From: Tricharina praecox
Lineage: Eukaryota
Length of the DNA stretch: 64,000 nt
Assembly: GCF_024521635.1 (NCBI RefSeq)
Contig: NW_026250409.1
Location: forward strand, 1,364,001 to 1,428,000
Direction of reading: 5' to 3'
Of the stretch, positions 49,324 to 61,000 are shown in pieces (the first letter of the stretch is position 1; every line of letters begins with the position of its first letter). A program made the translations under genes and the position numbers. The notes beneath the pieces are model-generated. The model worked only from the letters and a program-made list of their open reading frames with translations. It made no database searches and had not been told where the DNA came from.

Positions 49324-50884
49324 GCGGACAGGCAGGGGTGGCAGTGGTGGCAGCAGCACCGGCCAGCGGCGGGAAAATAGTATTTCCAGTAGTCTGCATG
49401 GGCAGGCTTGGCTCGGATGCTTGCTCGTAGTCCGCAGCGAGCAGCGAGCAGCTCGCGGAAAAAACGGCTAGAGGACTGCTAGAGCACTGCTAGGGGAGTG
49501 CTAGGGGAGTGCTACTGCTAGCCTATCGATTGGTGGGAAAACACAGGGGGGGGGGATACAGGGGGGGTGTGGAGACTGATCGATGGCGTCCACTCCAGCT
49601 GCCCAGCGAGTTCACGGGATAACTACCTAGGTGAACTTCAATTGTGGATTCTCGATTCATAATCGATATCCCAACGGCTGAGGAAGCGAGTGGGATCGTC
49701 ACTTATACTTCTACTTGAACTTGAACTTGTCCTTCCGCTGCATCCTTTCTTTCCCGGCAAAAGGAAACATGGCGATGAGCGGGAACTCAACGGTCTCGTT
49801 GGGCTGGGCTGGGCTGGATTAGATTTGGTTCTGGCTGGATTGGCTGGGCTGGTGCGGACAGGTTTGGTGCAGACAAGTTTGGCGATATGTAGATAGTTGC
49901 AGATCCGGGGCGAACAGCTTCCTTCCTGCAGTCAAGTCAACGGTATAACTATATGTACCAGTCGGAAAGTTTCCGACTGAGGTAGTCGTTCCTTTTCCTT
50001 TTTTTTTTCTCCACGAGGGGAGGTATCGTAGGTAACTCCGTGTATGCGTGAATTTCTTCTTCTTCTTATTTTCCGTCCTTTCCAGCCGTTGACTCAAGGC
50101 TGCGCTTCCGGGGCAGTTCTGCTGGTTGCTGCTGGTGGGAGCGACATCCAAACCGCCCGGCCTGTCCGTCCGGGCGGGGGCCGTCCGAAGAAGCAAAGCA
50201 AAGCAAAGGGAGGAGGAGGAATTTTTCTTCCTTCTTTTCTGCGTGCTGCAGCATTTCGGTCGGTGTGCCGTACGCTGGTAATATTTCTCCGTTCGTCCGT
50301 AGCCGAACCGGTTGCCGGGGAGGGTTGGGAGGGGAGGCTGCCCCACCACCACCGCTGGACACCACCTACGGCAGCGGTATGTAGGTGGGATGTATGTGGG
50401 TATGTGTATGTAGGAGGTATCATACGCACCCATCCACCCATCCACCCACCATGAGAAGGCCCCTTCCGTGCGGTGCGGGTGCAAAGGCTGGCTGGCTGGC
50501 TCGTGGCCAATTGGCCTCACGGGAGAGGAGCTCCGGCGCTGCAGACTTCCGTCGTGTGTCGTGTGTGGACTCCGCGAGATCGATCCAGGTACACAAACTC
50601 TACACACCGTACATACCGCCGCGAGATGGTTGGTCGGCATCTTCATACGTGATGATGATGTGCATCTCATTCTGCGGTATGAAACTATTTACATACATAC
50701 CTTCCATACTTGCTCCGGTATGCTCAGGAATTACAGTTTTTCCGCCGTGCCCTGTGATGTGATCGAAGATTCCTCCGCTTCCGAGATGATATGTACGATA
50801 TGTCCACACTGGCTTCGTTCCGCAGATTCTTCCGCACGGTCAGGTGGAGCAGGTGCTCCGTGTGCATGTGTGTATGTACGGTAG

Positions 50885-51023
50885 GTATGGGGGGTATGGG
50901 AAGTATGGGAAGTATGGGAAGTATGGGAAGTATGGGAAGTATGGGAAGTATGGGAAGTATGGGAAGTATGGGAAGTATGGGAAGTATGGGAAGTATGGGA
51001 AGTATGGGAAGTATGGGAAGTAT
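50885..51023. repeat. (GTATGGGAA)n 9-bp tandem array, about 15 units
   Basis: Directly visible, nearly perfect array. Confidence 0.97.
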
Positions 51024-53045
51024 ATGATACTCTACCGTGGGAATCCGCCGAGTGCTCACTGCTCCGTGCCCGGGCACCAGGTGGCGCTATCACGGTGGAT
51101 ACGGTGAAGACTCCTACATCTCCTCCTCAGGAGTCCATCTCCATCTCCATCTCTATCTCGTGCCTTCCTACCGTCCTGCTCCTGCGTTCCTGCTCGTTTC
51201 CCACCACACACTTTTATATGTGTGGATGAATGCCGATCATCGTCGCCCAGTCGTCGTCGAGTCCGGGAGGGGGAAAGCATGGCGGTGTTTTTCTTTCCTT
51301 TTCCGATCAACATCAACATGGGGCAAAGCAGGACGAAACGGTGTCTCCGGGAGTGAGGGAGGGGGAAGCTAGTAACTAACGCGGAATAATCCGCAGGACT
51401 GCATTGGCCGACCGACATGTGGAGGCGAACTGACTGCCAGGAGGCGAGGCGAAAGATGGAGAACCGTTGTTTGATTTCGTGGTTTTTTTTTGTTGGTTTT
51501 TTCTTCATGTGCTCTAGGTGCTTTAGGTGCTTTAGGTACTCTGGGCTGCGTACTCTAGGGACCTACATACTTGGGGACGTGTCTGCTTACTCCAGCTGCT
51601 CTGCTCTCTCGGCGGACAAATTTCCCCGTGCAAACTCCGGATCCCAAGTCATCCAGCAGTCAGCACGACACGGTACGATACGATACGATCGTGAAGACTG
51701 ACCGCCACTCAACGCTTGTGAATCCCGCCCCATCTCAGCTCAGCTCAGCACGCTCACTCACAGGTGACAGACAGCATGTGTCTCCGTCTTCGTGGGGTAA
51801 GTGAGTAGGCCGGTTTTGCCCGGTCGAAAACGGTGCTGGAAAGTACCCCACAATGTGTAACCCACCATCCACCCGCTCCCCCACTGCCCAGCCCAGCCTT
51901 CGCCGAATCGGACTCCGGGGAGGACTAGTACGGAGGTACCGTATGTCCTCTCTCGCTGCTGATAATCAGGGGATGGGAATCACGGGAGAGAGACCGAGAC
52001 AGAGAGAGAGACCGAGAGACAGACCGAGAGACAGACCGAAAGACAGAGGGACATAGAGACCGAGAGAGACAGGGACAGACAGACAGAGACAGAGAGGGCC
52101 GGCTGCCCCACAGTTCCCCGGCGAGGAGGTTGGTCGGTCGGTGTATAGGCGCCAAGCACGGATGGGCGCAAGTCAAGAAGACCCCGACTCTCCTCGACGC
52201 CATGTCGAACTACCTAGAGCGCAAACATGTCGCTGGCGTCTGGGGGCGGTGTCCGCAAACTAACTAAGCAAGTATTTACGCGTGTCAGTCGAGTCCGAAA
52301 CTCTGGGGTAAAGGAAAGACGGACGGTCGTTCGTGCGTTCGTTCGGTCTTGGCCCCTGCAGCGGGCGCTGCACTGGACGGACCAGAACTGATGGATGGAT
52401 GGACACAACAGCTGTGATGGTTATCCTGCCGATTTCCCATCCATCCATCCATCACTTCTCTCTCTCTCTGGTCCAGGGTTGCGCCATTTTGCAGCGTCCG
52501 CTTCGATTGGGGATAGTACTATAGAGTAGTATGGTATAGTATACATGAGCGGTCGTTATTTATTGTTGCTGCTCGCTGCCCCTCGTGCGTAACACTGAGG
52601 AAACGGCGCTAGAGCGCGCTGACGATTGGGGGCAACTGGATAGTGGCAGCGGTAGTGGTAAGTACTGCACGCATAGTAGGGAGAGTAGTGTAATCCACGG
52701 TGCGCCGCCGTCGTGGTGGTGGTGCTGGTAGTGGTGGTGCTGGTCCGCTGCTGGTGGTTGTGCTCCTGCGGTGGCCATGGTGGCAGTTCGCATTCCATGC
52801 TTTCCCTTATATTGCTCCGGTCGCCCGCTCCTGTATGTCATCAGGGCCCCTACTTCGTCTCCATCCCCACAACCCCAACAACTACTACTTCTTCTCCCTC
52901 TACCCCGGATTTTCTTTTCGCCTTTATTCATTCCATGCGACTGCAGAGTTTCGTGACTTGCCGTGACACCGCACAACGCCCGGAGGAAGCACACGACGAA
53001 GAAGACTACCGAGATCCCAAGCAATAACAATCAACCTCCAGAGCC

Positions 53046-56000
53046 ATGGCTTCGACTGAGACAACAGCAGCAGCTGCTGCTCCGGCTAGCAATAGCACTG
53101 CGGCATCCACTGCTTCACCCACGATCACGGCTGCTACGGTCACGGCCACTGCTGCCACGGCCACTACTGCCACGGCCACTGCTGCCACGGCCACTACTCC
53201 TCCTCCTCCTCCTCCTCCTCCTCCACAGTTAGCCGGCCAGAAGAGGAGTGCTCCTTCGTCGAATACCAACAGCAACGGCGGCCCCAGCTTCAGGGCCGTC
53301 AAGCGTCGAGCCTCAAAGGCCTGCCAGTGCTGCCGCGCACGTAAGGTCCGCTGCAACGTGGTCGAGCACGGTGCGCCATGCACCAACTGCAGACTGGACG
53401 AAGTCGAGTGCATCGTGACCGAAAGCAAGCGAAGAAAGTAAGCAGCCTTGCCCATTGGCCTTGTCTCTGTGCCTTGTTTCTTTCCTTTTTCCATCCCTTT
53501 TTCCTTTTTCTCTTTCCTTTTTCTTCTCCACCCCACTTCCCAGATCAATTGCCTAACCGCGACGTCACTTGCAGGAAGAACTGGGGCCTGAAGTTGGATG
53601 CTTCAAACAACCACAACCATGGCCACAACCATGACCACAACCACAGCAACGCAGAGGTCGTCGATGTACACAACCATGATCGGAGACACTCTACTTCGCC
53701 ATCGGCCATGTCGATCGACGGCCATTCCGATAAGGAGACACCTGGTGGACATGTTCCCCATCTCATCTGTATGCGCGCAGGACACCCCCGATCCCGTTCA
53801 ATTTTCTTGAATTTTCTTCTTTTTTTCCCCTGGTGCTGACTTGCGTGTACAGACCAAACTCAGAGTCTCCGCCGCGCATCGTTCGCTTCCTCCCACGGCT
53901 CGGTGCCGTCCCTGACAAACTCTCTCTCGACGAATTCCTCGACCGCTTCTTCGTTCCCTCACAGGGCCTCGATCGCCGGTTTCCCCAGCTTCGAGCTTCC
54001 CGGATTCATCAAGCCTACACCCTCGCGGATTCCTGCTGAAGATCTCGAGTACCTATGGAGGAAAGGCGCTCTCACTCTGCCAGAGGAGCCACTTCGCTCC
54101 ATCTTGCTGAAGGCGCACTTTGACTTTGTGCACCCCTACATGCCCCTCCTGGACAAGTCGCAATTCATCCGCATCGTCAACACCGAGGACGGCAGTCAAG
54201 GAAAGACTGGGCTGTTGCTCTTCCAGGCCGTGATGTTCTCCGGTACCGCGTTCGTGGGGATGGAACACCTCCGGGCGGCCGGATACGCGTCGCGCAAAGC
54301 CGCCAGGAAAGCCTTCTTCATCAAGACCAGGCTGCTCTACGATTTTGACCACGAACAGGACCGCATGCTCCTCGTGCAGGCGCTCCTACTCATGTCCTAC
54401 TGGTACGAAACCCCCGACGACCAGAAGGACACCTGGCACTGGATGGGAGTGGCCATCTCGCTCTCCCACACTATCGGTCTCCACCGCAATCCTGCGAAAT
54501 CAAACATGGACCCGAATCGACAGAAGCTGTGGAAGCGCATCTGGTGGAGTTGCTACATGAGGGACAGACTGGTCGCCCTGGGCATGCGCAGGCCGACACG
54601 GATAAAGACCGAGGACTGCGACGTGCCGATGCTCACCATCGAAGACTTTGAAATCGACATCGGATTCGACGAGAGCGAGGCTTTCTTCTGGACCGCCGAG
54701 CGGCGCGCACGCGAAGAGAAGGACGCCGAGCGACAGAAACAGCTAGCGGTGCTGTGCATCGAAAAGGCCAAGCTCTGCGTGTGCATCAGCCACGTGCTCA
54801 CCGCGCAGTACTCGGTTCTGAACACTAATCAGGGCTCCCTGACGGCTGACGGCAGCACGAGGACAACGATGATGCTGTTACCCAAGAAACTCGAGCCCGG
54901 ATGCGAGGAGGTCAAGGCTTGCGACGTCGAGCTCGATGCCTGGATCAACGATTTGCCACCAGAGGCGGTTTACGGCACCCCTTGCATCTCTGGGGCAGAC
55001 CCTGTATTGATTCTGCACAAAGCGTTATTGCACCTCATCTACAAGTTTGTCATCCCAACATCGCTTGGATTTTTTTTCTTCTGTTTGCTGACATTGTTTT
55101 TCCACAGCACTACCGTGAGCGCTTTGCACAGGCCGCAAGTTCTGCCGTCGACGCCGAACAACCCGCCGGTAACAAAGTCGGAACTGCAGGAAATCTCTCG
55201 GAAGAAAGTCAGACAGGCTGCCTCCGAGATTACCCGACTTGCCGACGATCTCATCGAGTTTGACTTGGTGAGGTTCTTGCCTACTACAGGGTATGTGCCT
55301 TTTCCCGCGGTTATCCCTCATTCATGCACATTTATTGACTCGTCATTTTTCAGCGTTACCGTCATTCTTCCGGCTGTCATCATTCATCTCCTCGACATCA
55401 AGTCCTCCAACCCGGTGACTCGGGAGATGTCGCTCGAGGGCTTCGCGCTCTGCATGCAGGTGTTGCAGCGTCTGCGACAGACTTACTCCGCCGCGGACTA
55501 TGCTACCGGTTTCCTGGAGGCGGCAATCAAGAAGGCCGGCATCCCGGTCGAGAACCTCCGGAAGCACGCCAACCGACGCAGGGCCCGCTACCAGCAGAAC
55601 CAGCTCGGACTGCAAATCCCGTCATCGCCCGGCGACTTCGGATCCATCGGCAATGCCATCTCGATTCCCGCGACCGCCCCACCATCCAACGCCGCGCTGA
55701 CCCCCCCGCCGGACATGGAGTCCCTGGACATGGGCATGTCGCAGTCGCAAGCCACCAACATGCTCGACGAGTCGGACCTGCAGCTGAAGCTCGAGAGCTT
55801 CCTGCAGGCGCCGCCGTCGCCGCGCCACGACAAAGATTCCCTGTCGCCCTTCTCGCTGCAGAAGCCGCTCTTTGGAAACATGGACTCGGGCATCCCGGAC
55901 TTTTCGATGCCCGATGCCGACGGCGACAACCTCGATGCCTTCCTCGGAGGCAACGGTGACTGCGATCCCTTCCTGGGACACGAGGGCATGCCCGGCATGT

Positions 56001-56152
56001 TCTCGATGAGCGGAAACAACAGCTCGTCGAAGGCGTTCGAGCTCGGCTCCGTGTGGACCGAGAATGGACTCGAGGACATGAGCAAGATCTTGGATGGCGT
56101 GGATCTCTCGTTCGACGACGTGATTCAGGTTCTTGAGACCGAGATCAACTAG
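53046..56152 (+). CDS. farB: Zn(II)2Cys6 transcription factor, cutinase transcription factor 1-beta / FarB (fatty-acid utilisation regulator)
   Basis: RRASKACQCCRARKVRCNVVEHGAPCTNCRLDEVEC. Fungal_trans domain (YLWRKGAL, LLYDFD.E.DR, MSYWYETPDDQKDTWHW, LWKRIWW). Exons 53046-53437, 53575-53768, 53853-55044, 55108-55290 and 55354-56152. Confidence 0.9.
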
Positions 56153-56709
56153 TCGGTATCGTTTGGTATTTATGCTTTTTGGTTCTCACACTTTCGCTTG
56201 GGGGGGTTCATTGTTTTTTTTTTGTGCATGGCTTGCGGTTTGGGATTTCATTATTTTTTCTTTTCTTCGCTTTATGTTTGTGCTTGTGTTTGTGCTATAC
56301 CCTTCATGCGATCCGAGGTCACGTTCCAAGTGTTGAGGTATTGAGTTGAGGTATTGATGGGATGGAGTTCCGGGTATTTTGGGCTTGGTTTTTTTTTTGC
56401 ACCTTAAGATAAGATGAGATGATGGATGGATGGATACTCTAGAGGGCGATTGAATAGGGATAGGGATAGGGATAGGTGGGATAGGTACTTAGGGAAGGGA
56501 TAGGGATAGGTGGGATAGGTAGGGAAGGAATAGGGAAGGAAATACATGAGATTGGTACTACATGCACTCGCCATTCCGTCATCTTGAGCATCGTGATGTG
56601 ATGAGCGTGAAATATGTTTGCGTCGGCTATGTAGTGACGTAGGGTGCGCGCCTTTCTGACTAGAACCCCCGGTCCCGCAATTCAGCTCTGTATAGAGGTA
56701 GGGTAGATA

Positions 56710-57316
56710 CTGCGGCGGTATGGAGGTGTGGAGGTGTGAAATCACTCATCACGATCCTTCACGAACCTATGTACGCCTTCATGGACCTACCGTACTCCAT
56801 CATACCTGTAGGCTGTATGTAGGAACCTCGCCGAGCTGCCGCTGCCGCTACAGCTCGAGGTTGAGGTTGAAGCCCGAGCGTGAGAGATATTCTGCAATCG
56901 GCCAGTGACGTGGGGGATGCGAGCCTTTCGGACAATTCGGCTTTGTACTGCTGCGGTGTGAGGTATGAAGGTGTGAAGCTATGAAATCACTCACCACGAT
57001 CCTTCACGGACTCATGGACTCATGGACTCATGAACTCATGGACCTACTCCATCATACCTCGCCGAGCTGCCGCTACAGCTCGAGGTTGAGGTTGAAGTTG
57101 AAGCCCGAGCGTGATAGATATCTGCAAATGCAATCGGCCAGTGACGTGGGGGATGGGCCTTTCGCTGCTCTGTATGCTGCGGCGGTATGAAATCACTCAC
57201 CCATCACGAACCTACGCTGTAGGCTGTATGTAGGAACCTCGCCGAGCTGCCGCTGCCGCCGCAGCTGCAGCTCGAGGTTGAGGTTGAGGTTGAGGTTGAA
57301 GTTGAGGCCCGAGCGT
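56710..57316 (+). repeat. Degenerate tandem triplication of a ~200-245-bp non-coding unit
   Basis: GAAATCACTCA...CCTCGCCGAGCTGCCGC...CAGCTCGAGGTTGAGGTTGA...CCCGAGCGT occurs three times. GCAATCGGCCAGTGACGTGGGGGATG occurs twice. Confidence 0.92.
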
Positions 57317-58039
57317 CAACCCGTCATACCCTTTTTACAACAGTCGCCGCGCTCTGCAACGCTCGCCAACGCTCACCATCCACGTCTCCGGCGCAGCTCC
57401 GGGATGGGCTCCGGCGTTGCGCCGGCATGGATCCGGCGCGGCTCCGTTCCGCTTGAGCCGGGCGCGGCCAGCTACTTAGCACATCTTAGCGCGTGTCTCG
57501 CATTCTCGACGTTTGATCAACAATCGACAATTATTATCGACTGCGGCGGCGGCGGGCTTGGCGATAGCGCAGCGCAGTTATGGAGGGATGGAGGTACATA
57601 TGGAGGTAAGTAGTTCCGGTTCCGGAGGATCTGTGGGTTTGGGAGGACTATGTACATACCTAGGAGGTTCGTTGGCCGGTGATGGATCTGGGAGGTCCGG
57701 GGATGGGAGGGCTGGGGGTGGGAGGGCTGGGGATGGGAGGGCTGGATCTGGGAGGTCCGGCGTTCGGGGACGGAAGTCCACTCTACTCTACTCTAGGGGC
57801 TCGTGGTCTAGAGTTGGGTGGTGATTGCTAACAATGTCGAGTGATCGTGGTGATGCCTCGGTTCATCTGCTTACTGCTAACTTTTGCTCGAGAGAGAAAG
57901 AGAGTAAGAGAGTAGATAGCGGGGGACGGGGGACGGCTTAGGTATGTACCATATCTACCTCATATAGTAGTTACCATAAGTAAGATTACCTAATCTATCC
58001 AAGGCTGAAACATCAGCTGTCAATATTTAAGCATCCCCC

Positions 58040-58085
58040 GACCACCACCACCACCACCACCACCACCACCACCACCACCACCACC
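58040..58085. repeat. (CCA)n microsatellite
   Basis: Directly visible. Confidence 0.95.
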
Positions 58086-61000
58086 TTCCGCTTCCCTCCC
58101 CTCCCTCCCTCCCATCCCGCAGGCCATCACCAGCCAGCCAGCCAGATGTACCGTATATACATGCTTTATACATACATAGAGCCATCCACGCCTCGGATCA
58201 ACGCACGTATGTATGTACCCCAGCGGGCTGATCGGATGGCTATGGGGCTGATCGGGTGGGTATGGGGGTATGGAGGTATGGGGAGGAAGAGCGGGCGCCG
58301 AGGCTCCATGCATGCGGGATGAGTACATGCGCTGGTTACCGTATGTATGTATGTATTTCTCCACGCCCGGAGCCTGGGGGGAATGAGTGGACCACTAGAC
58401 GGCGCGTGTGCGAGAAGGTAGATAAGTATATACCGTAGAGTACAGCATGTAGAGTACAGCATGTATATCATGTATGTACGCACATACAAGGATGCAGCGC
58501 AATGCAGCGTGCACGGCACTGCGCAAGGAAGCAAGCAAGCAAGTGGTACATGCCGATATATATACATATACCTACGTGTCGTGTCGTGTGTGCACCTAAG
58601 CCAGCAGGTATGTATGTAGGCAAACATGTACCCACCAAGGTAGGTACATAATACACATCCGCGTTTGGCTCGGTCGGTCGGCCGGGGGGCAGTCGGGGGG
58701 CGGATGGGGCTTCCGCTACATACGGCCCTGCGGCGCTGCGGGATGGATAATTCCTCGCGACGCGGATCGCTGCGGTGCAGCGCGGATTGTTGGTGTCGGG
58801 GGGAGTTCGCGGCCGGCGTGCGGCTTGGGTCGGTCAGCTCTGCTAACTACTCGTTATTCGGCCTGGGATACCCATTTAACATGTGCTCCAAGCCTCCCAG
58901 TGGGATTTTGGAGCTTGGAACTGTAGTAGGACAGGTGGTATCGGGTGATATATTGTGATGGAATAAGCACTCCCGGGTTCATAGAGGATCATCCGGACAA
59001 TGAGTGGCGTTTGTGGAAATGAAAGTTTGTTCTGGGCGAAAGTCGAGAGTAGTGGGTCGCGGATGGGGGGGTGTGGTGTTGGGCAAGGATCTTGTCAATA
59101 GGTCTTCACGAGTATCCTCCGCAGGTTTGGTCCCGGCTTCTTCCTCGCTGTCTCATCATTCATGCGTGACGATGTGGATCGTGAAGTGGGGTGCTTTGGT
59201 CTTGAGCGGAGCAATAGTTTGGAGAGGTCGTCAAGCGGCAAGAAGTAGGTACCTAGTAGGAATAATAGTATTAGTCCTGTGCAACGGGCTTCCATTAATC
59301 TTCACAGGGCGCAAAACTCATCATGATGAGGTAAAGAGAGTTCCCCGGTTCCCCGGTTTCCCGGTTCCCCGGAATCCCTCGGTTTAATCCGGAAAACGAA
59401 AGCAAACAATGAAACCAGTGGACACACTGTGCGCATTCAATTATGCATATATAAAGTACCCGGACCGAACATAAGAAACATGTGGTTATAACGTCAAGTC
59501 AGTTGAAGGCTACGCTGTCGAAGGATTGGACGAACCCATTCATCAATGGCCCCAGTAGCTGACTTCCCTGGCATTAAGAATTGTGGCCAAAGTGGTGAAA
59601 GGAATGAATGGATCTTCCAGCGGGACATGGTCGTCAGAGGTGTGCGACGCTCCATTACCGCCACAGTTAGCAGACCCTCTACGAGTCGCCATTCAACACC
59701 ACCATGTGCGTCCCCATCGCTCCACGGAATCTTGCCGTCCGTGAGGTTGCAGGCGAGTGGGTTTTAAGGGGAGCCTGGTGCCATTACCTCTCCAGTCCGA
59801 CCGCTCCTTACCAAGCATTACGCAAGCAATCATGGATTCATGGCGTCCGTCAGACAGATGCATCACCGCAGAATCCCTCTGAAGTGCTCCTATGATCTAT
59901 CCAACACAGTCGATCCCTCTCTTACCATCGAGATTCAAGATTTGAGTTGTCGAGAGCGGCGCCACATTGCTGAGCCAGTACTAGCTAGTAGCTACACACC
60001 ACTTTCGGGTGGGTATTCAGCTCAGCTCTGACACAATTGGTTCGCCGGTTCAGTGCAATCGTTCGATCACTTTCAGAGCCAGTTTAAGAATTGTCGATAG
60101 GCCTAGTCCACCTGGAGACTGGGAGAACAACATTGTATGAACCTTCGACAGGACATCTCGCGATCTTACCAATTGAGCGAATACATACCACTTTGAAGAT
60201 GCGAACCTACCCGGCAGCCGTGCGTGCTATTCTATGGGCTCCTCGTACAATGTGCACAGCCGGTACAATCTGCCAATTGTGTAGTAGGTACTAAGGAGGT
60301 AGGTAGGCAGGTAGGTAGATGTGCGGATCGCCGACAACGGAAATGATCAATCTGCCCGTGCTATCCTTCGGGATGTACATTGACTGTAGCATCGAATACC
60401 CGCTGGGGTAATACTCGCTCTACACAGCCCAACCACTCTCGAAAAATTCGGCGCGTCCGTTGCTACCTAGTGGCGCAGGAGTGACAATCACACACCAGCA
60501 CTCGAAGTCCTTCTTGTGCCCCCTGTGGAAAAGTACGAGTAAATATTTCTGTCGATTGATTCGCAAAGCACAGCGGATGACCACCCAGCCAGACGTACCA
60601 GAAAGAAAGAGAAGCAAGTTTGAAAATCAAACAGGATTCTCGACGTTTATAAATATTACCAATATGACAAATGTGCAATGGCTTGGATGAGTGATGATGT
60701 GGCCTTTAAACGAGAATTGCAACACCCCCGCATGCAGCTATAAGTCTGGAATCTGGATTGTGTTCCTTCAACAAGAGCGATGCCATATTCTGGCCGCGAA
60801 GCAAGAAGCTGTCAGAGATGGTCACCGCCTCACCGGCTGAAGGGTCTGGAGCAGGCGACATGGCGGGGTTAGGCTGACGCCCAGCGGAAAGCCTGCTCCC
60901 AGACTATATTACGGAGTCTGGACTGAAAGCGAGCACGACGTAACAAAAAAAGGATTATGTTCGTTCCTACGCCAGACACGTAGAGCGCAAGCCGGTTCAG

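Noticed and set aside
50724..51107. ORFs encoding (ILP)n, (HTS)n, (GSM)n or (GKY)n repeats
   Set aside because: These are translations of the 9-bp tandem array; no coding context.
56710..57316. CRISPR-like array
   Set aside because: Eukaryotic DNA, long degenerate units, no unique spacers and no cas genes.
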